The notes under the pieces were generated by a model. That model worked only from the letters and a program-made list of their open reading frames with translations, was not told the origin of the DNA and did no database searches. From NCBI GenBank assembly GCA_045605805.1, contig JAZUQR010000027.1, forward strand, positions 99,908 to 163,907: 64,000 bases of DNA, in the 5' to 3' direction. Positions within the stretch are counted from its first letter, which is position 1. Each line of letters starts with the position of its first letter. Shown piece by piece: positions 9,284 to 19,541 of this stretch. This DNA comes from Alphaproteobacteria bacterium. GTDB lineage: Bacteria; Pseudomonadota; Alphaproteobacteria; CAAHEQ01; UBA3637. Both the position numbers and the translations under genes were made by a program.

Positions 9284-10123
9284 ATGGAAACAAAAATACT
9301 CAATGGTCGCATTTTGGCCGACCAAATTCAATTATCCTTAAAAAACGAAATCACCACCTTATCCCATATTCCTCACTTAGCAGTTGTGTTTGTGGGCAAT
9401 AATCCAGCCAGCAGCGTCTATGTCAATATGAAAACAAAGGTAGCCGAAAAAGTGGGGATAAAAAGCACCATTCATCATCTGGATGAAAACATATCAACAA
9501 AAGAGTTGCAAGACAAAATCCACCAACTCAACAACGATAAAGATGTGGATGGGATTTTGGTACAATTGCCCTTGCCGCCCCACATTGACACCAACACCAT
9601 CATAGAAACCATCTCTCCCCAAAAAGATGCCGATGGATTGACAAGTAAAAATCAAGGCGGCCTGATGACAGGCTATCCAACCTTACTCCCTTGTACACCC
9701 TTGGGATGTCTGCATCTGATAAAACAAGTACAGCCGAATCTGACAGGCCTGAATGCGGTTGTTGTGGGGCGTTCCCGCTTGGTCGGCCGCCCAATGGCAC
9801 AACTTCTGTTAAATGAAAACTGTTCGGTCACCCAAGTGCATACCTACACACAAAATCTGGCCGATATCTGTGCCACAGCCGATATTTTGGTTTCCGCCAC
9901 AGGCGTTCAAGGGCTGATTAAAAGTAATTTTGTCAAAGCCGGCGCAATCGTTATTGATGTGGGCATCTCTAAAACAAAAGAGGGGCTGATTGCCGGTGAT
10001 ATAGACAGCCAAAACGTGATGGGCAAGGCCGGTTGGCTGACCCCTGTCCCTGGGGGAGTTGGCCCCATGACTGTGGCCATGCTGATGTCAAATATGGTCA
10101 CCATTGTCAAAAACCAATCATAA
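9284..10123 (+). CDS. folD: bifunctional methylenetetrahydrofolate dehydrogenase/cyclohydrolase
   Basis: Sequences ILNGRILADQI, VDGILVQLPLP and the Rossmann-fold motif GRSRLVGRPMAQLL match FolD. The length is 279 aa. Confidence 0.9.
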   Translation: METKILNGRILADQIQLSLKNEITTLSHIPHLAVVFVGNNPASSVYVNMKTKVAEKVGIKSTIHHLDENISTKELQDKIHQLNNDKDVDGILVQLPLPPHIDTNTIIETISPQKDADGLTSKNQGGLMTGYPTLLPCTPLGCLHLIKQVQPNLTGLNAVVVGRSRLVGRPMAQLLLNENCSVTQVHTYTQNLADICATADILVSATGVQGLIKSNFVKAGAIVIDVGISKTKEGLIAGDIDSQNVMGKAGWLTPVPGGVGPMTVAMLMSNMVTIVKNQS

Positions 10124-10135
10124 AGGGCCAAGGCC

Positions 10136-11254
10136 ATGCTGAATCACCTGTTTCAAACACCTTTTCAAAAAATAATTTTAAGCAATAAAAAAAATAAATC
10201 GTACGCTTATAACAAAGGGGTGATTAAACCGATTCGCCTTAAAAACAAACAAGCGTGGCAACTGACTTTATATACAGACAAACAAGCCTTTCAAGAAAAC
10301 TTTTTGGAATTAGAACAAGTCATTTGTAAAACCCATGAACTGTTTCAAAATGATTACAAACAACTCAACTTTTTCGGTGAACACGAAGATATTGAATTAA
10401 AGCAATCCAAAAAAGGCAAACTCCTTCAAAGCATTCATAAACATCCCTCAAAATGCATCACACAAAGCCCCCACAATAAAGAAAAAAACTATCTTTTGAA
10501 TCCCGAACAAAAAATACCGGCATTGGAAGATATGGGCGTTGTGGATAAAAATGGACAACTCCGCCCAAGTCAAATGGATAAGTTTCGGCAAATCAATCAA
10601 TTCTTAAAAATCATTGACGATACATTAAAAAATTGGGACAAAAAAGAAATCACGGTTTTGGATTTTGGATGTGGCAAATCATATTTAACCTTTTTAACCT
10701 ATTATTACCTGACAGAAATCAAAGGATTAAAAGCTCATGTCATTGGCCTTGACTTAAAAGAAGAAGTCATTGAAAAATGCAATATCGTGGCCGAAAAATA
10801 TGGCTATAAAAACCTGCACTTTGAAATTGGCAATATCGCAGGATACAGCCCAAAAAAAGCTGTGGATATGGTTATCTCACTGCACGCTTGCGATACAGCC
10901 ACAGATTATGCTTTATATAATGCAGTCCAATGGAATGTACCGATTATTTTGTCTGTTCCTTGTTGCCAACATGAAATCAATTCACAAATGAAAAATGCGT
11001 GGCCACTCATCACAAAATATGGGTTATTAAAAGAACGCTTCTGCGCCCTTCTGACCGATGCCATTCGGGCCGATTTATTACAGGCACAAGGCTATTCGGT
11101 TCAGATTTTGGAATTTATTGATTTTTCGCATACTCCTAAAAATCTTCTGATTCGTGCGATTAAGACGGGGAAAATGACATCAGACGAACAAACCCAAAAG
11201 GCTTGCGCTCAATTCAAAATTGAACCAACATTGAAAAAATTGTTAAAGAAATAA
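10136..11254 (+). CDS. class I SAM-dependent methyltransferase (Methyltransf_32/METTL25-like)
   Basis: Motif I VLDFGCGKSYLT, an acidic loop in GLDLKEEVIEKC, and the motif LHACDTATD...VPCCQHE fit this family. The N-terminal ~170 aa is not assignable. Confidence 0.5.
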   Translation: MLNHLFQTPFQKIILSNKKNKSYAYNKGVIKPIRLKNKQAWQLTLYTDKQAFQENFLELEQVICKTHELFQNDYKQLNFFGEHEDIELKQSKKGKLLQSIHKHPSKCITQSPHNKEKNYLLNPEQKIPALEDMGVVDKNGQLRPSQMDKFRQINQFLKIIDDTLKNWDKKEITVLDFGCGKSYLTFLTYYYLTEIKGLKAHVIGLDLKEEVIEKCNIVAEKYGYKNLHFEIGNIAGYSPKKAVDMVISLHACDTATDYALYNAVQWNVPIILSVPCCQHEINSQMKNAWPLITKYGLLKERFCALLTDAIRADLLQAQGYSVQILEFIDFSHTPKNLLIRAIKTGKMTSDEQTQKACAQFKIEPTLKKLLKK

Positions 11255-11731
11255 TTATTCTTTGGTAATAAATTCAGGTGGCACAATACCATCTTTCAGC
11301 ACAATCATATAATGTGGAATTTTGGTAAAAAAATAACCATTTCCAACTTTTTCCCATGGCAACCTTTCGTCCCACAAAATTTGTTGAGGGGTGATTTTTT
11401 CTAACTTTTTTCGCCCTGCACAACGGTAAATAGCCTTCACTAAACCCGCTTTTTGCAACGCTTCAAAATCAACGCTATACAAGCACCGATCTTTTTTAAA
11501 ATCGCCATAAAAACAACACGCTTTTGTCATTGGACTTGTCAGAACAGAAATGGCCCGACTGCGTCCAGGAAATCTCGTTTCTAAATATGCCAACACACCC
11601 TTTTTCGTTTTACTTTTTGCCCGACCAAAATAATGTGCCAGAGCTTCTCTAGGCGCCTTAATTGGTGCCCAAAGGCCCGTATTTAAAACATCTGCTTCCT
11701 TTGGCGCATAGTTATAAAGTTTACCCATCAC
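11255..11731 (-). CDS. hypothetical protein (158 aa), translationally coupled to lepA
   Basis: The ORF start overlaps the lepA stop (ATGA at 11728-11731). The protein has no signal peptide and is basic. I do not recognise a family. Confidence 0.4.
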   Translation of the reverse strand: MMGKLYNYAPKEADVLNTGLWAPIKAPREALAHYFGRAKSKTKKGVLAYLETRFPGRSRAISVLTSPMTKACCFYGDFKKDRCLYSVDFEALQKAGLVKAIYRCAGRKKLEKITPQQILWDERLPWEKVGNGYFFTKIPHYMIVLKDGIVPPEFITKE

Positions 11732-13515
11732 TCTTCCCCGATTTTTAGGGCTTCAATAAAGGCATTTTGAGGGATTTCCACTTCACCGAATTGGCGCATA
11801 CGCTTTTTACCCTCTTTTTGTTTTTCAAGCAGTTTGCGCTTACGAGTAATATCGCCACCATAACATTTGGCTGTCACATCTTTGCGATAGGCCGAAATAT
11901 CCTCACGAGCAATAATCTTTCCGCCAATACTGGCCTGAATCGGAATCTTAAATTGATGGCGAGGAATCAAATCTTTCAATCTGGCACAAATTTGGCGTCC
12001 CCGTCTTTCGGCCTGCGAACGATGCACAAGGAAAGCCAAGGCATCTACTTGTTCTCCATGAACAAGGATATTCACCCGCACCAAATCACTGGCATGATAT
12101 TCATCAATATCATAATCAAAGCTGGCATACCCACGAGAGATAGATTTTAAGCGATCATAAAAATCAAAAACAATTTCATTCAAAGGCAAACGATAAACCG
12201 CCATTGCCCGATTCCCTACATAGGTTAAATCTAACTGTTCCCCTCGTCTTTCCGTACACAATTGCAAAATACTGCCCAAATACTCATCGGGGGTTAAAAT
12301 AGTGGCTTTCACCCAAGGCTCTTCAATTTTACGAATCGTTGTCACATCGGGCATATCAGCAGGATTGTGCATCACAAGCTCATCCCCATTTGTTTTATAC
12401 ACCTTATAGGCCACAGACGGAGCCGTTGTAATCAGATTCAAATCAAACTCACGGAATAAACGCTCTTGAATAATTTCCATATGCAAAAGCCCTAAAAAGC
12501 CACAACGAAATCCTTGTCCCAAAGCCATAGACTTATCCGGAGTAAATTGGAAACTGGCATCATTCAACTGTAATTTTTCAATAGCTTCTTTCAAAGCCTC
12601 ATAATCACTCATATCCACAGGAAACAACGAACAAAACACAACACTTTGGCTGGGCTTAAAGCCAGGCAAAACCTCGGCACAAGGTTTTTTCTCATGCGTA
12701 ATGGTATCCCCCACTTTTGTTTCACCAATAGACTTGATACCACAAATCACAAACCCAAGTTCCCCCGCAGATAAAGAATCACTATCTTGCATTTTTGGGG
12801 TAAAATAACCCAATCGTTCCACTGTGTAATTGGCCCCCGTGGACATAAATTGAATCATCTCATTTTTCTTCAAAACACCGTCCACAATACGCACCATCAC
12901 AACAATACCCAAATAAGGATCATACCAAGAATCCACTAACATGGCTTTCAAAGGATGATTGATATCCCCTTGCGGGGCCGGCAAGCGATTGACAATCACA
13001 TCCAAAACATCTTCAATGCCAATACCAGTTTTGGCCGAAATAAGCGGTGCATCGTGTGTATCCAAGCCAATCACATCTTCAATTTGCTGTTTCACCCGAT
13101 CCGCATCAGCCGCAGGCAAATCAATTTTGTTGATAACAGGCACAATTTCATGATTCGCATCCAAGGCTTTATACACATTGGCCAAGGTTTGGGCTTCCAC
13201 CCCTTGGGTAGCATCCACCACAAGCAACGACCCTTCACAAGCACTTAAACTTCGGCTGACTTCATAACCAAAGTCCACATGCCCTGGGGTATCAATCAAG
13301 TTCAAAATGTAATCCCCATACTTTAAACGAACCGTTTGGGCTTTAATGGTAATGCCCCTCTCTCGTTCAATATCCATATTGTCCAAAATCTGTGCCTTCA
13401 TTTCACGATCAGACACAGCCCCACATTTTTGAATCAACCTGTCCGCCAAAGTTGATTTACCATGATCAATGTGAGCCACAATAGAAAAATTACGAATATG
13501 AGATAAATCAGTCAT
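11728..13515 (-). CDS. lepA: elongation factor 4 (LepA)
   Basis: The sequence [21 protein letters not shown] and the full EF-G-like architecture with the LepA-specific C-terminus are present. The preferred start is the ATG at 13515 ([10 protein letters not shown]...), whereas the ORF track's 13551 start is a TTG. A TGTATAAT motif lies immediately upstream. Confidence 0.9.
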   Translation of the reverse strand: MTDLSHIRNFSIVAHIDHGKSTLADRLIQKCGAVSDREMKAQILDNMDIERERGITIKAQTVRLKYGDYILNLIDTPGHVDFGYEVSRSLSACEGSLLVVDATQGVEAQTLANVYKALDANHEIVPVINKIDLPAADADRVKQQIEDVIGLDTHDAPLISAKTGIGIEDVLDVIVNRLPAPQGDINHPLKAMLVDSWYDPYLGIVVMVRIVDGVLKKNEMIQFMSTGANYTVERLGYFTPKMQDSDSLSAGELGFVICGIKSIGETKVGDTITHEKKPCAEVLPGFKPSQSVVFCSLFPVDMSDYEALKEAIEKLQLNDASFQFTPDKSMALGQGFRCGFLGLLHMEIIQERLFREFDLNLITTAPSVAYKVYKTNGDELVMHNPADMPDVTTIRKIEEPWVKATILTPDEYLGSILQLCTERRGEQLDLTYVGNRAMAVYRLPLNEIVFDFYDRLKSISRGYASFDYDIDEYHASDLVRVNILVHGEQVDALAFLVHRSQAERRGRQICARLKDLIPRHQFKIPIQASIGGKIIAREDISAYRKDVTAKCYGGDITRKRKLLEKQKEGKKRMRQFGEVEIPQNAFIEALKIGEE

Positions 13516-13563
13516 AGGACAAATTATACATAATTTTTGAAAAAAAATCAAGCACTCAAAGAG

Positions 13564-14157
13564 CTAAACATCCCGTCTGGACTTAAAAGCCATCTGAATA
13601 GTCCCATCATCAAGATAATCCAACTCACCGCCCAAAGGCACACCACGGGACAAAGTGGTCATTTTCACAGGATAGTTGGCCATTCTATCCACCAAATAAT
13701 GCACGGTTGTCTGTCCATCCACAGTGGCTGGCAAAGCCAAAATCACTTCATTCACACAACCAGATTGAATCCGTGCCATCAAACTGTCAATCTTCAATTC
13801 ATCTGGTCCTACACCATCCAAAGCCGACAACACGCCCCCTAATACATGGTAATGACCTTTGAACAGGCCAACCCGTTCAATGGCCCATAAATCGGCCACA
13901 TCTTCAACAACACAAATCTGGGAAGCATCTCGCTTAGCATCGGAACAAATACCACACGGCACTTGCGTATCCATATTGCCACACACAGGACAAACACGCA
14001 CTTTATCGGCCACTTCTTGCATCGCCTGAATCAAAGGCAAAAGCTGGCCTTCACGCTTGTTGAGTAAAGATAAAACCCCCCTTCTCGCCGACCGAGGCCC
14101 CAGCCCAGGCAAGCGAGAAAACAATTGAATAAGATGTTCAATTTCGGGGGCAGACAT
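13564..14157 (-). CDS. recR: recombination protein RecR
   Basis: The zinc finger CPVCGNMDTQVPCGIC, a Toprim domain and a 197-aa length match RecR. Confidence 0.9.
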   Translation of the reverse strand: MSAPEIEHLIQLFSRLPGLGPRSARRGVLSLLNKREGQLLPLIQAMQEVADKVRVCPVCGNMDTQVPCGICSDAKRDASQICVVEDVADLWAIERVGLFKGHYHVLGGVLSALDGVGPDELKIDSLMARIQSGCVNEVILALPATVDGQTTVHYLVDRMANYPVKMTTLSRGVPLGGELDYLDDGTIQMAFKSRRDV

Positions 14158-14159
14158 AA

Positions 14160-14489
14160 TTAAAACGGCAACTTAAATCCGGGTGGCAATCCCAAAGAGG
14201 CTTGCATTTTTTCCATTTCTTCGGCCATATAGGCATCAATGTTGTCATGGGCATTTCCCAAGGCCACAACCAACAAATCTTCCAATGTTTCCACATCAGC
14301 AGGATCCACAACAGCCTTGTCTAACTTCACAGACACAGGACGTCCTTTGCCAGTCATCACCACAGTCACAGCACCATTTCCGGCTTCACCTGTGAATTCT
14401 TGTTGTTCCATTTTGGATTGTAAGATGGTCATTTGAGATTGCACTTTTTGTGCTTTTGCCATCAATTCACCGATATTTTTCATAAGCAT
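14160..14489 (-). CDS. ybaB: YbaB/EbfC nucleoid-associated protein
   Basis: The 109-aa ORF lies directly upstream of recR in the conserved ybaB-recR pair. The N-terminal sequence NIGELMAKAQKVQSQMT is typical. Confidence 0.9.
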   Translation of the reverse strand: MLMKNIGELMAKAQKVQSQMTILQSKMEQQEFTGEAGNGAVTVVMTGKGRPVSVKLDKAVVDPADVETLEDLLVVALGNAHDNIDAYMAEEMEKMQASLGLPPGFKLPF

Positions 14490-14619
14490 ATCCTTTCATT
14501 TACAGCTTTATTGTAAGGATTTTTCAAAAATAGGCAAGAAAATTGTTAAAAAAAAGTTTTTCACTAGACGAACCAAATAAAATCTGTTATGATTATCAAT
14601 AAATAAAGGAGAATTGTTT

Positions 14620-14811
14620 ATGGAACAAATTAAACAAGCCATTAAAAATCTGGAACAATCTGTTTTGCGCTTAGAAACAGCGATTCATACGGCCAAAAAA
14701 AACAATACCCGCACAACAGAAGAAATCACAACATTAAAAAAAGTCATTCGCCAAACACACGACCGAATCGATAAGGCGATAAACCGTTTTCAAGCAAATA
14801 AGGAGGAATAA
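14620..14811 (+). CDS. small coiled-coil protein (DUF4164-like), upstream partner of zapA
   Basis: The 63-aa product is predicted all-helical, with an AAGGAG ribosome-binding site. It sits directly upstream of zapA, as do the DUF4164 proteins of alphaproteobacteria. Confidence 0.45.
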   Translation: MEQIKQAIKNLEQSVLRLETAIHTAKKNNTRTTEEITTLKKVIRQTHDRIDKAINRFQANKEE

Positions 14812-14814
14812 CAA

Positions 14815-15123
14815 ATGCCAGTTGTCTCATTAAAAATCGGCGGTCGCTTTTATAAGTTTTCCTGCAATGACGGACAAGATGGTCATATGCGTGAATTGGC
14901 CGAACAACTAGATAAGCGGGCCGAATCTTTAACAAAATCCATCGGCTTTATGCCCGAAGGGCAACTATTGGCCATGATTTGTCTGTTGCTTGCCGAAGAA
15001 AAACATCATCTGGAACGCACCACCAACGCACAGGTTTTGGAACAAACAACCGATCAAATTGCCCAAAGCATACAAAATCTGGCCTTAAAAGTTGGTGTCT
15101 TGGCTGAAAGTTTGGAACAATGA
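14815..15123 (+). CDS. zapA: cell division protein ZapA
   Basis: The sequence MPVVSLKIGGRFYKFSCNDGQDGHMRELAEQLDKR matches the ZapA N-domain consensus (VxIxGRxYxxxCxxGxE), and the rest is a coiled-coil tail. Confidence 0.75.
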   Translation: MPVVSLKIGGRFYKFSCNDGQDGHMRELAEQLDKRAESLTKSIGFMPEGQLLAMICLLLAEEKHHLERTTNAQVLEQTTDQIAQSIQNLALKVGVLAESLEQ

Positions 15124-15932
15124 AGATTCTGTTTTGCGGAGATGTTGCTGGCGAAGCAGGACGCAAAGCCATTAAAACCTACATTCCGAAATTAAAAAAA
15201 GAATGGGACATAGATGGCATTATCATCAATGCCGAAAATGCCGCCCATGGCTTGGGTCTCACCCCAAAAACTTATGCAGAACTCAAACGAGCTGGGGCCG
15301 ATGTGATGACCATGGGCAATCATACTTTTGATAAGTTAGATATCACCAAAATCTGGCAAGAAGAAAATAGGCTTATCCGCCCGCTGAACTATCCAAACGA
15401 TACAGCTGGCAAGGGGTATCATGTCATTCAAATCAATGGCAAACGCTTGTGCGTCACCCAATTATTGGGCCGAGCTTTTATGAACAGCAAACTGGAAATT
15501 GCCGATCCCTTCAAAACGATTCAAACCTTTATAACTGAACACCAAGCCGAATATGACTTTTTGGTCGTGGATTACCATGCTGAAACAACCGCAGAAAAAG
15601 TGGCAATGGGCTATTTTTTGGATGGCAAAGCTGTTTTGGTTGTTGGCACACATACACATATCCCAACGGCAGATGCGCACATTTTAGCCAACGGAACCGC
15701 CTACATCACCGATGTCGGTATGTGTGGCGATTATACATCGGTTTTAGGCATGACAAAAGAAACAGCCTTTTCGCATTTTGGGCTTGGCACCGAACGCATG
15801 CGCTTTGAACCGGCCGCCAACGCTGTCACATTATCGGCTGTCTTGGTTGAAATTGACGATAAAACCTTAAAAGCCACAGCCATTCGCCAAATAATTTTGG
15901 GCGATACCCTTGAAAATATATCAAGAATATGA
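15120..15932 (+). CDS. ymdB: YmdB-like metallophosphoesterase (TIGR00282; 2',3'-cyclic-nucleotide 2'-phosphodiesterase)
   Basis: The sequence MKILFCGDVAGEAGRKAI...NAENAAHGLGLTPK...TMGNHTFDK has calcineurin-like metal-binding motifs in the YmdB arrangement. Confidence 0.8.
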   Translation: MKILFCGDVAGEAGRKAIKTYIPKLKKEWDIDGIIINAENAAHGLGLTPKTYAELKRAGADVMTMGNHTFDKLDITKIWQEENRLIRPLNYPNDTAGKGYHVIQINGKRLCVTQLLGRAFMNSKLEIADPFKTIQTFITEHQAEYDFLVVDYHAETTAEKVAMGYFLDGKAVLVVGTHTHIPTADAHILANGTAYITDVGMCGDYTSVLGMTKETAFSHFGLGTERMRFEPAANAVTLSAVLVEIDDKTLKATAIRQIILGDTLENISRI

Positions 15933-15967
15933 TAAACTAAATCCCATAAAAAAACGAAAGGAAACTT

Positions 15968-16708
15968 ATGTCAGGACATTCACAATTCAAAAACATTATG
16001 AACCGCAAGGGTGCGCAAGATAAAGCGCGTGCCCGTATTTTTTCAAAATTGGCTCGTGAAATTACGGTGGCCGTTAAAACAGGCGGGGCCGATCCAAACG
16101 GCAACCCACGCTTGCGCTTGGCCATTCAAAATGCCCGCAGCGAAAATATGCCCAAGGATAACATTGAACGGGCCATCGCAAAAGGAAGCCAATCGGCCGA
16201 TACAAGCAACTATGAAGAAGTCCGCTATGAAGGCTACGGCCCTGGTCATGTGGCTGTAATTGTGGAAGCCCTCACAGATAATCGTGCCAGAACAGCCCCC
16301 AATTTGCGTTCTCTTTTTACTAAAAGGGGTGGCTCATTCGGGGATAGTGTTTTGTTTAACTTTGAAAAAATCGGCTATCTTGAATTTTCGTTGGATGTGG
16401 CCACACCGGATGCCATGTTTGAAGAAGCCTTAAACGCAGGCGCAGACGATGTTCAAACCACAGAAACAGCCCACGAAATTATCTGTAAGCCGGAAGATTT
16501 GGGTGCTGTTCGGGAGGCATTGGAACAAAAACTGGGTACACCAAATGTGGCCCGAATTGATTGGAAACCAACCGTTGAAACCCCCATCGCTGATTTAGAA
16601 ACCGCACAAAAATTGATGAACTTCATTGAAGATTTGAACGAAGACGATGATGTGCAACGGGTGATTACGAATGCCGATATCGCCGAGGATATTTTGGCTC
16701 AGTTGTAA
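15968..16708 (+). CDS. yebC: YebC/PmpR family DNA-binding transcriptional regulator
   Basis: The sequence MSGHSQFKNIMNRKGAQDKARARIFSKLAREI is the canonical YebC N-terminus. The length is 246 aa. Confidence 0.9.
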   Translation: MSGHSQFKNIMNRKGAQDKARARIFSKLAREITVAVKTGGADPNGNPRLRLAIQNARSENMPKDNIERAIAKGSQSADTSNYEEVRYEGYGPGHVAVIVEALTDNRARTAPNLRSLFTKRGGSFGDSVLFNFEKIGYLEFSLDVATPDAMFEEALNAGADDVQTTETAHEIICKPEDLGAVREALEQKLGTPNVARIDWKPTVETPIADLETAQKLMNFIEDLNEDDDVQRVITNADIAEDILAQL

Positions 16709-16720
16709 AGGATAAACGCT

Positions 16721-17215
16721 ATGCGTATTTTGGGTCTGGATCCGGGATTACGACACACAGGCTGGGGTCTTGTTGAAAAACAAGGCTCCCGTTTTATTTT
16801 TATCGCTGCCGGCGTCATCAATCCCAGCGATAAATTAGCCTTATCCAAACGACTCGGGATTTTACACGATTCGCTGAAACAAATTATAGAAGAATACACC
16901 CCCGATACAGCAGCCGTAGAAGAAACATTCGTCAATAAAAACCCCTCTTCCACCTTAAAATTAGGGCAAGCCCGAGGCGTTGTCTTGATGACACCCGCCC
17001 TTTATAACATAGAAGTGGGCGAATATACCCCCAATCAAATCAAAAAAACAATCACAGGGGTAGGCCATGCCGAAAAGAATCAGGTGGATATGATGGTTCG
17101 CACACTGTTAAAGACCGTTCCGCAAGGGATTCCCCCCGATGCATCGGATGCTTTGGCCATAGCCTTAACACACGGATTTTTGTACACAACAAACCACAAT
17201 ATGTTGAATCGGTAA
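16721..17215 (+). CDS. ruvC: crossover junction endodeoxyribonuclease RuvC
   Basis: The N-terminus MRILGLDPGLRHTGWGLVE and the 164-aa length match RuvC. The gene follows yebC as in the conserved yebC-ruvC pair, but ruvA/ruvB do not follow. Confidence 0.9.
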   Translation: MRILGLDPGLRHTGWGLVEKQGSRFIFIAAGVINPSDKLALSKRLGILHDSLKQIIEEYTPDTAAVEETFVNKNPSSTLKLGQARGVVLMTPALYNIEVGEYTPNQIKKTITGVGHAEKNQVDMMVRTLLKTVPQGIPPDASDALAIALTHGFLYTTNHNMLNR

Positions 17216-17333
17216 AAACAACATCTAGTGTCAAGGAAAATATTTAACAAATTATTAAATTTTCTTGTTGTTTTTTTTTCAAATAACCGTATGCTGAACT
17301 TAGGAAAATCACCATTTAATAAGAGGGCAAAAA

Positions 17334-18779
17334 ATGGAAAACATCAATACAATTCAGGTTCAATGGGCCGAAATATGCGCACAATTGTCCCAAACGCTCA
17401 GCGACCGATTCGTGATGCGTTGGCTCAGCAAGGTTGTACCGGATAAAATTGAAAACAATCAGGTACACCTCATGGTATCCAGCCCCTGCATTCGTGAATT
17501 AATTGAACAAAACTATCTGTCCCATATTGCCTCGTTATGGAAAACAAAAAATACAAATATCCACACGGTCAGCCTGAAATTGAATCCAGACTTAAAGGAA
17601 AAAGCCCAAATGTCTGTTCAAATCAAAAAAGAAACACCGCAAACCGTGTCCCCCATTCAACAACCAACCGAATCAATAGCGGTTATCAAACCTCAAAATT
17701 TCACACCTAGCTATACGGCCATAACCCCCTCAGCTGTGACAGAGGAGATTCCTTGTTATTTGGATAAATCACACACCTTTGGAAACTTTGTTGTCGGCAA
17801 ATCAAACCAATTTGCCTATGCAGCCGCCAAAAAGATTGCCGAAGAAGACCATCCGGCCTTTAATCCGCTGTACTTCCACGCAGGTGTTGGCTTGGGTAAA
17901 ACCCACTTATTGCACGCCATTGCTTGGCGCATTAAAGAACGTCATCCGCAAAAGAGTGTATTATATTTATCATCTGAACAATTCTTTCAACGTTTTTTGC
18001 ACGATTTGAACACGAAAAATATGGATGGCTTTCGGGCGTTGGTTCGGTCCGTAGATGTTTTACTGATTGACGATATCCAATTTATTTTGGGCAAACAACG
18101 CACACAAGAAGAGTTTTTTCACACATTCAATGCTTTAATTGCTGAACAAAAAACAATCATTTTGTCGGCCGACTCTATGCCCAGTGCCTTACAAGGGATT
18201 GATGAAAAATTACGCACGCGTATTTCACAAGGATTGGTGGTGGATATTGCCCCGGCAGATGAAAACCTGCGACTCGGCATTTTGCAAGGCAAAAGCAAAG
18301 AAATGGGATCGGATATTCCGGATGATGTACTGGCATTTTTGGCCAAAAGCATCACCACAAATGTTCGTGAATTGGAGGGGGCATTAAAACGAGTCATTGC
18401 CCATGCCGAATTGATTGGCAACCCCATCAACATGGATACAACTCAAGAAGTGTTAAAAGATATCTTACACACCTATGAACGGCCGGTCAAAGCCCCCGAA
18501 ATTCAAAACTTTGTGGCACAATACTATCAAATCTCACTGGAAGATTTACAATCCACAAGAAGGGACCGTTCTTTTGCCCGTCCACGCCAAATTGCGATGT
18601 ACCTGACAAAAGTTTTAACGCCCCTATCTTTACCGGATATTGCCTTGTGTTTCAAACGAGATCATACCACAATTATCCATGCCGTTCGCACCATTGAAGG
18701 ATTGATTCAACAAGACAAGAAGTTGGCCCAACAAGTCAATGAAATCACCACAAAACTGAAAGCGGGAACAAATGTCTAA
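17334..18779 (+). CDS. dnaA: chromosomal replication initiator DnaA
   Basis: The protein has an AAA+ Walker A (GVGLGKTHLLHAIA), sensor motifs, and the C-terminal DNA-binding domain (IAMYLTKVLTPLSLPDIALCFKRDHTTIIHAV). Confidence 0.95.
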   Translation: MENINTIQVQWAEICAQLSQTLSDRFVMRWLSKVVPDKIENNQVHLMVSSPCIRELIEQNYLSHIASLWKTKNTNIHTVSLKLNPDLKEKAQMSVQIKKETPQTVSPIQQPTESIAVIKPQNFTPSYTAITPSAVTEEIPCYLDKSHTFGNFVVGKSNQFAYAAAKKIAEEDHPAFNPLYFHAGVGLGKTHLLHAIAWRIKERHPQKSVLYLSSEQFFQRFLHDLNTKNMDGFRALVRSVDVLLIDDIQFILGKQRTQEEFFHTFNALIAEQKTIILSADSMPSALQGIDEKLRTRISQGLVVDIAPADENLRLGILQGKSKEMGSDIPDDVLAFLAKSITTNVRELEGALKRVIAHAELIGNPINMDTTQEVLKDILHTYERPVKAPEIQNFVAQYYQISLEDLQSTRRDRSFARPRQIAMYLTKVLTPLSLPDIALCFKRDHTTIIHAVRTIEGLIQQDKKLAQQVNEITTKLKAGTNV

Positions 18780-19221
18780 TCTAACACCATTTAGCAATCC
18801 GTTTTTGGTTGGCTTTAACGAATTGGAACAAATGTTGCTCCGAGTCGCCAAAGGGGCCGATTCGTTTCCGCCGTATAATGTGGAACAAATCAACAACACC
18901 ACATTTGAAATTACAATGGCCGTGGCAGGTTATTCTGAATCAGATTTAGAATTGGTTCAAGAAGAGAACCAATTGATTATTCGGGGTCATCAAGAACACA
19001 ACCCGAATCGGCACTATTTACATCAAGGCATTGCTGCGCGCAGCTTTATAAAATCTTTTGTGCTGGCTGATGGAATGACCATTCAAGGGGCAGTACTAGA
19101 AAACGGACTGTTGATGATAACCTTGCAAAAACCGCAAAAAACACCTAATATAAAGAAAATAGAAATTAAAAAAACATCAAAAACTGTTCAACTGAATAAG
19201 AAAGGAGAAGCCGATGAATGA
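18772..19221 (+). CDS. Hsp20/alpha-crystallin family small heat-shock protein
   Basis: The alpha-crystallin domain contains NVEQINNTTFEITMAVAGYSESDLELVQEENQLIIRG. The start overlaps the dnaA stop by 8 nt. Confidence 0.85.
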   Translation: MSNLTPFSNPFLVGFNELEQMLLRVAKGADSFPPYNVEQINNTTFEITMAVAGYSESDLELVQEENQLIIRGHQEHNPNRHYLHQGIAARSFIKSFVLADGMTIQGAVLENGLLMITLQKPQKTPNIKKIEIKKTSKTVQLNKKGEADE

Positions 19222-19429
19222 AAAAATCACCATTACATTAGACAACTCCTTCTGTACCGAACAAGTCGGCCTAGATGAACAAGTATATATCAAAAAAGAA
19301 AAACAAAATAACGAATTGGTATGGGCAATATACAGCCCGGAAGGCGAAAGAATGGCTCAAACATTTTCAAAAGAAATGGCTTTGGCTATCGTCCGCCAAA
19401 ACGATTTAACAGCTTCTTATGTTCATTAA
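19214..19429 (+). CDS. DUF1150-family small protein (Hsp20 partner)
   Basis: The 71-aa ORF overlaps the hsp20 stop. An hsp20 followed by a DUF1150 gene is a conserved pair in alphaproteobacteria. Confidence 0.55.
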   Translation: MNEKITITLDNSFCTEQVGLDEQVYIKKEKQNNELVWAIYSPEGERMAQTFSKEMALAIVRQNDLTASYVH

Positions 19430-19541
19430 AAGAGCCCTATTCATCAATATATAATTTCAACAGTCACTTTAAGCAGAGGATGCCAAAAATCCGATAAGGC
19501 AAAGAAAATACCTTGCTTCACACACAAAAAAAAATCAGAAA

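Noticed and set aside
11240-11270. A near-palindrome, aagaaataattattcttt, at the convergent ends of the methyltransferase gene and the orphan ORF.
   Set aside because: It is formed by the two back-to-back stop codons (TAA/TTA) and their flanking codons. It is too AT-rich and short to be a credible terminator.
17216-17333. Looked for DnaA boxes or oriC in the dnaA upstream region.
   Set aside because: No TTATCCACA or TGTGGATAA matches were found. Alphaproteobacterial origins usually lie near hemE rather than dnaA.
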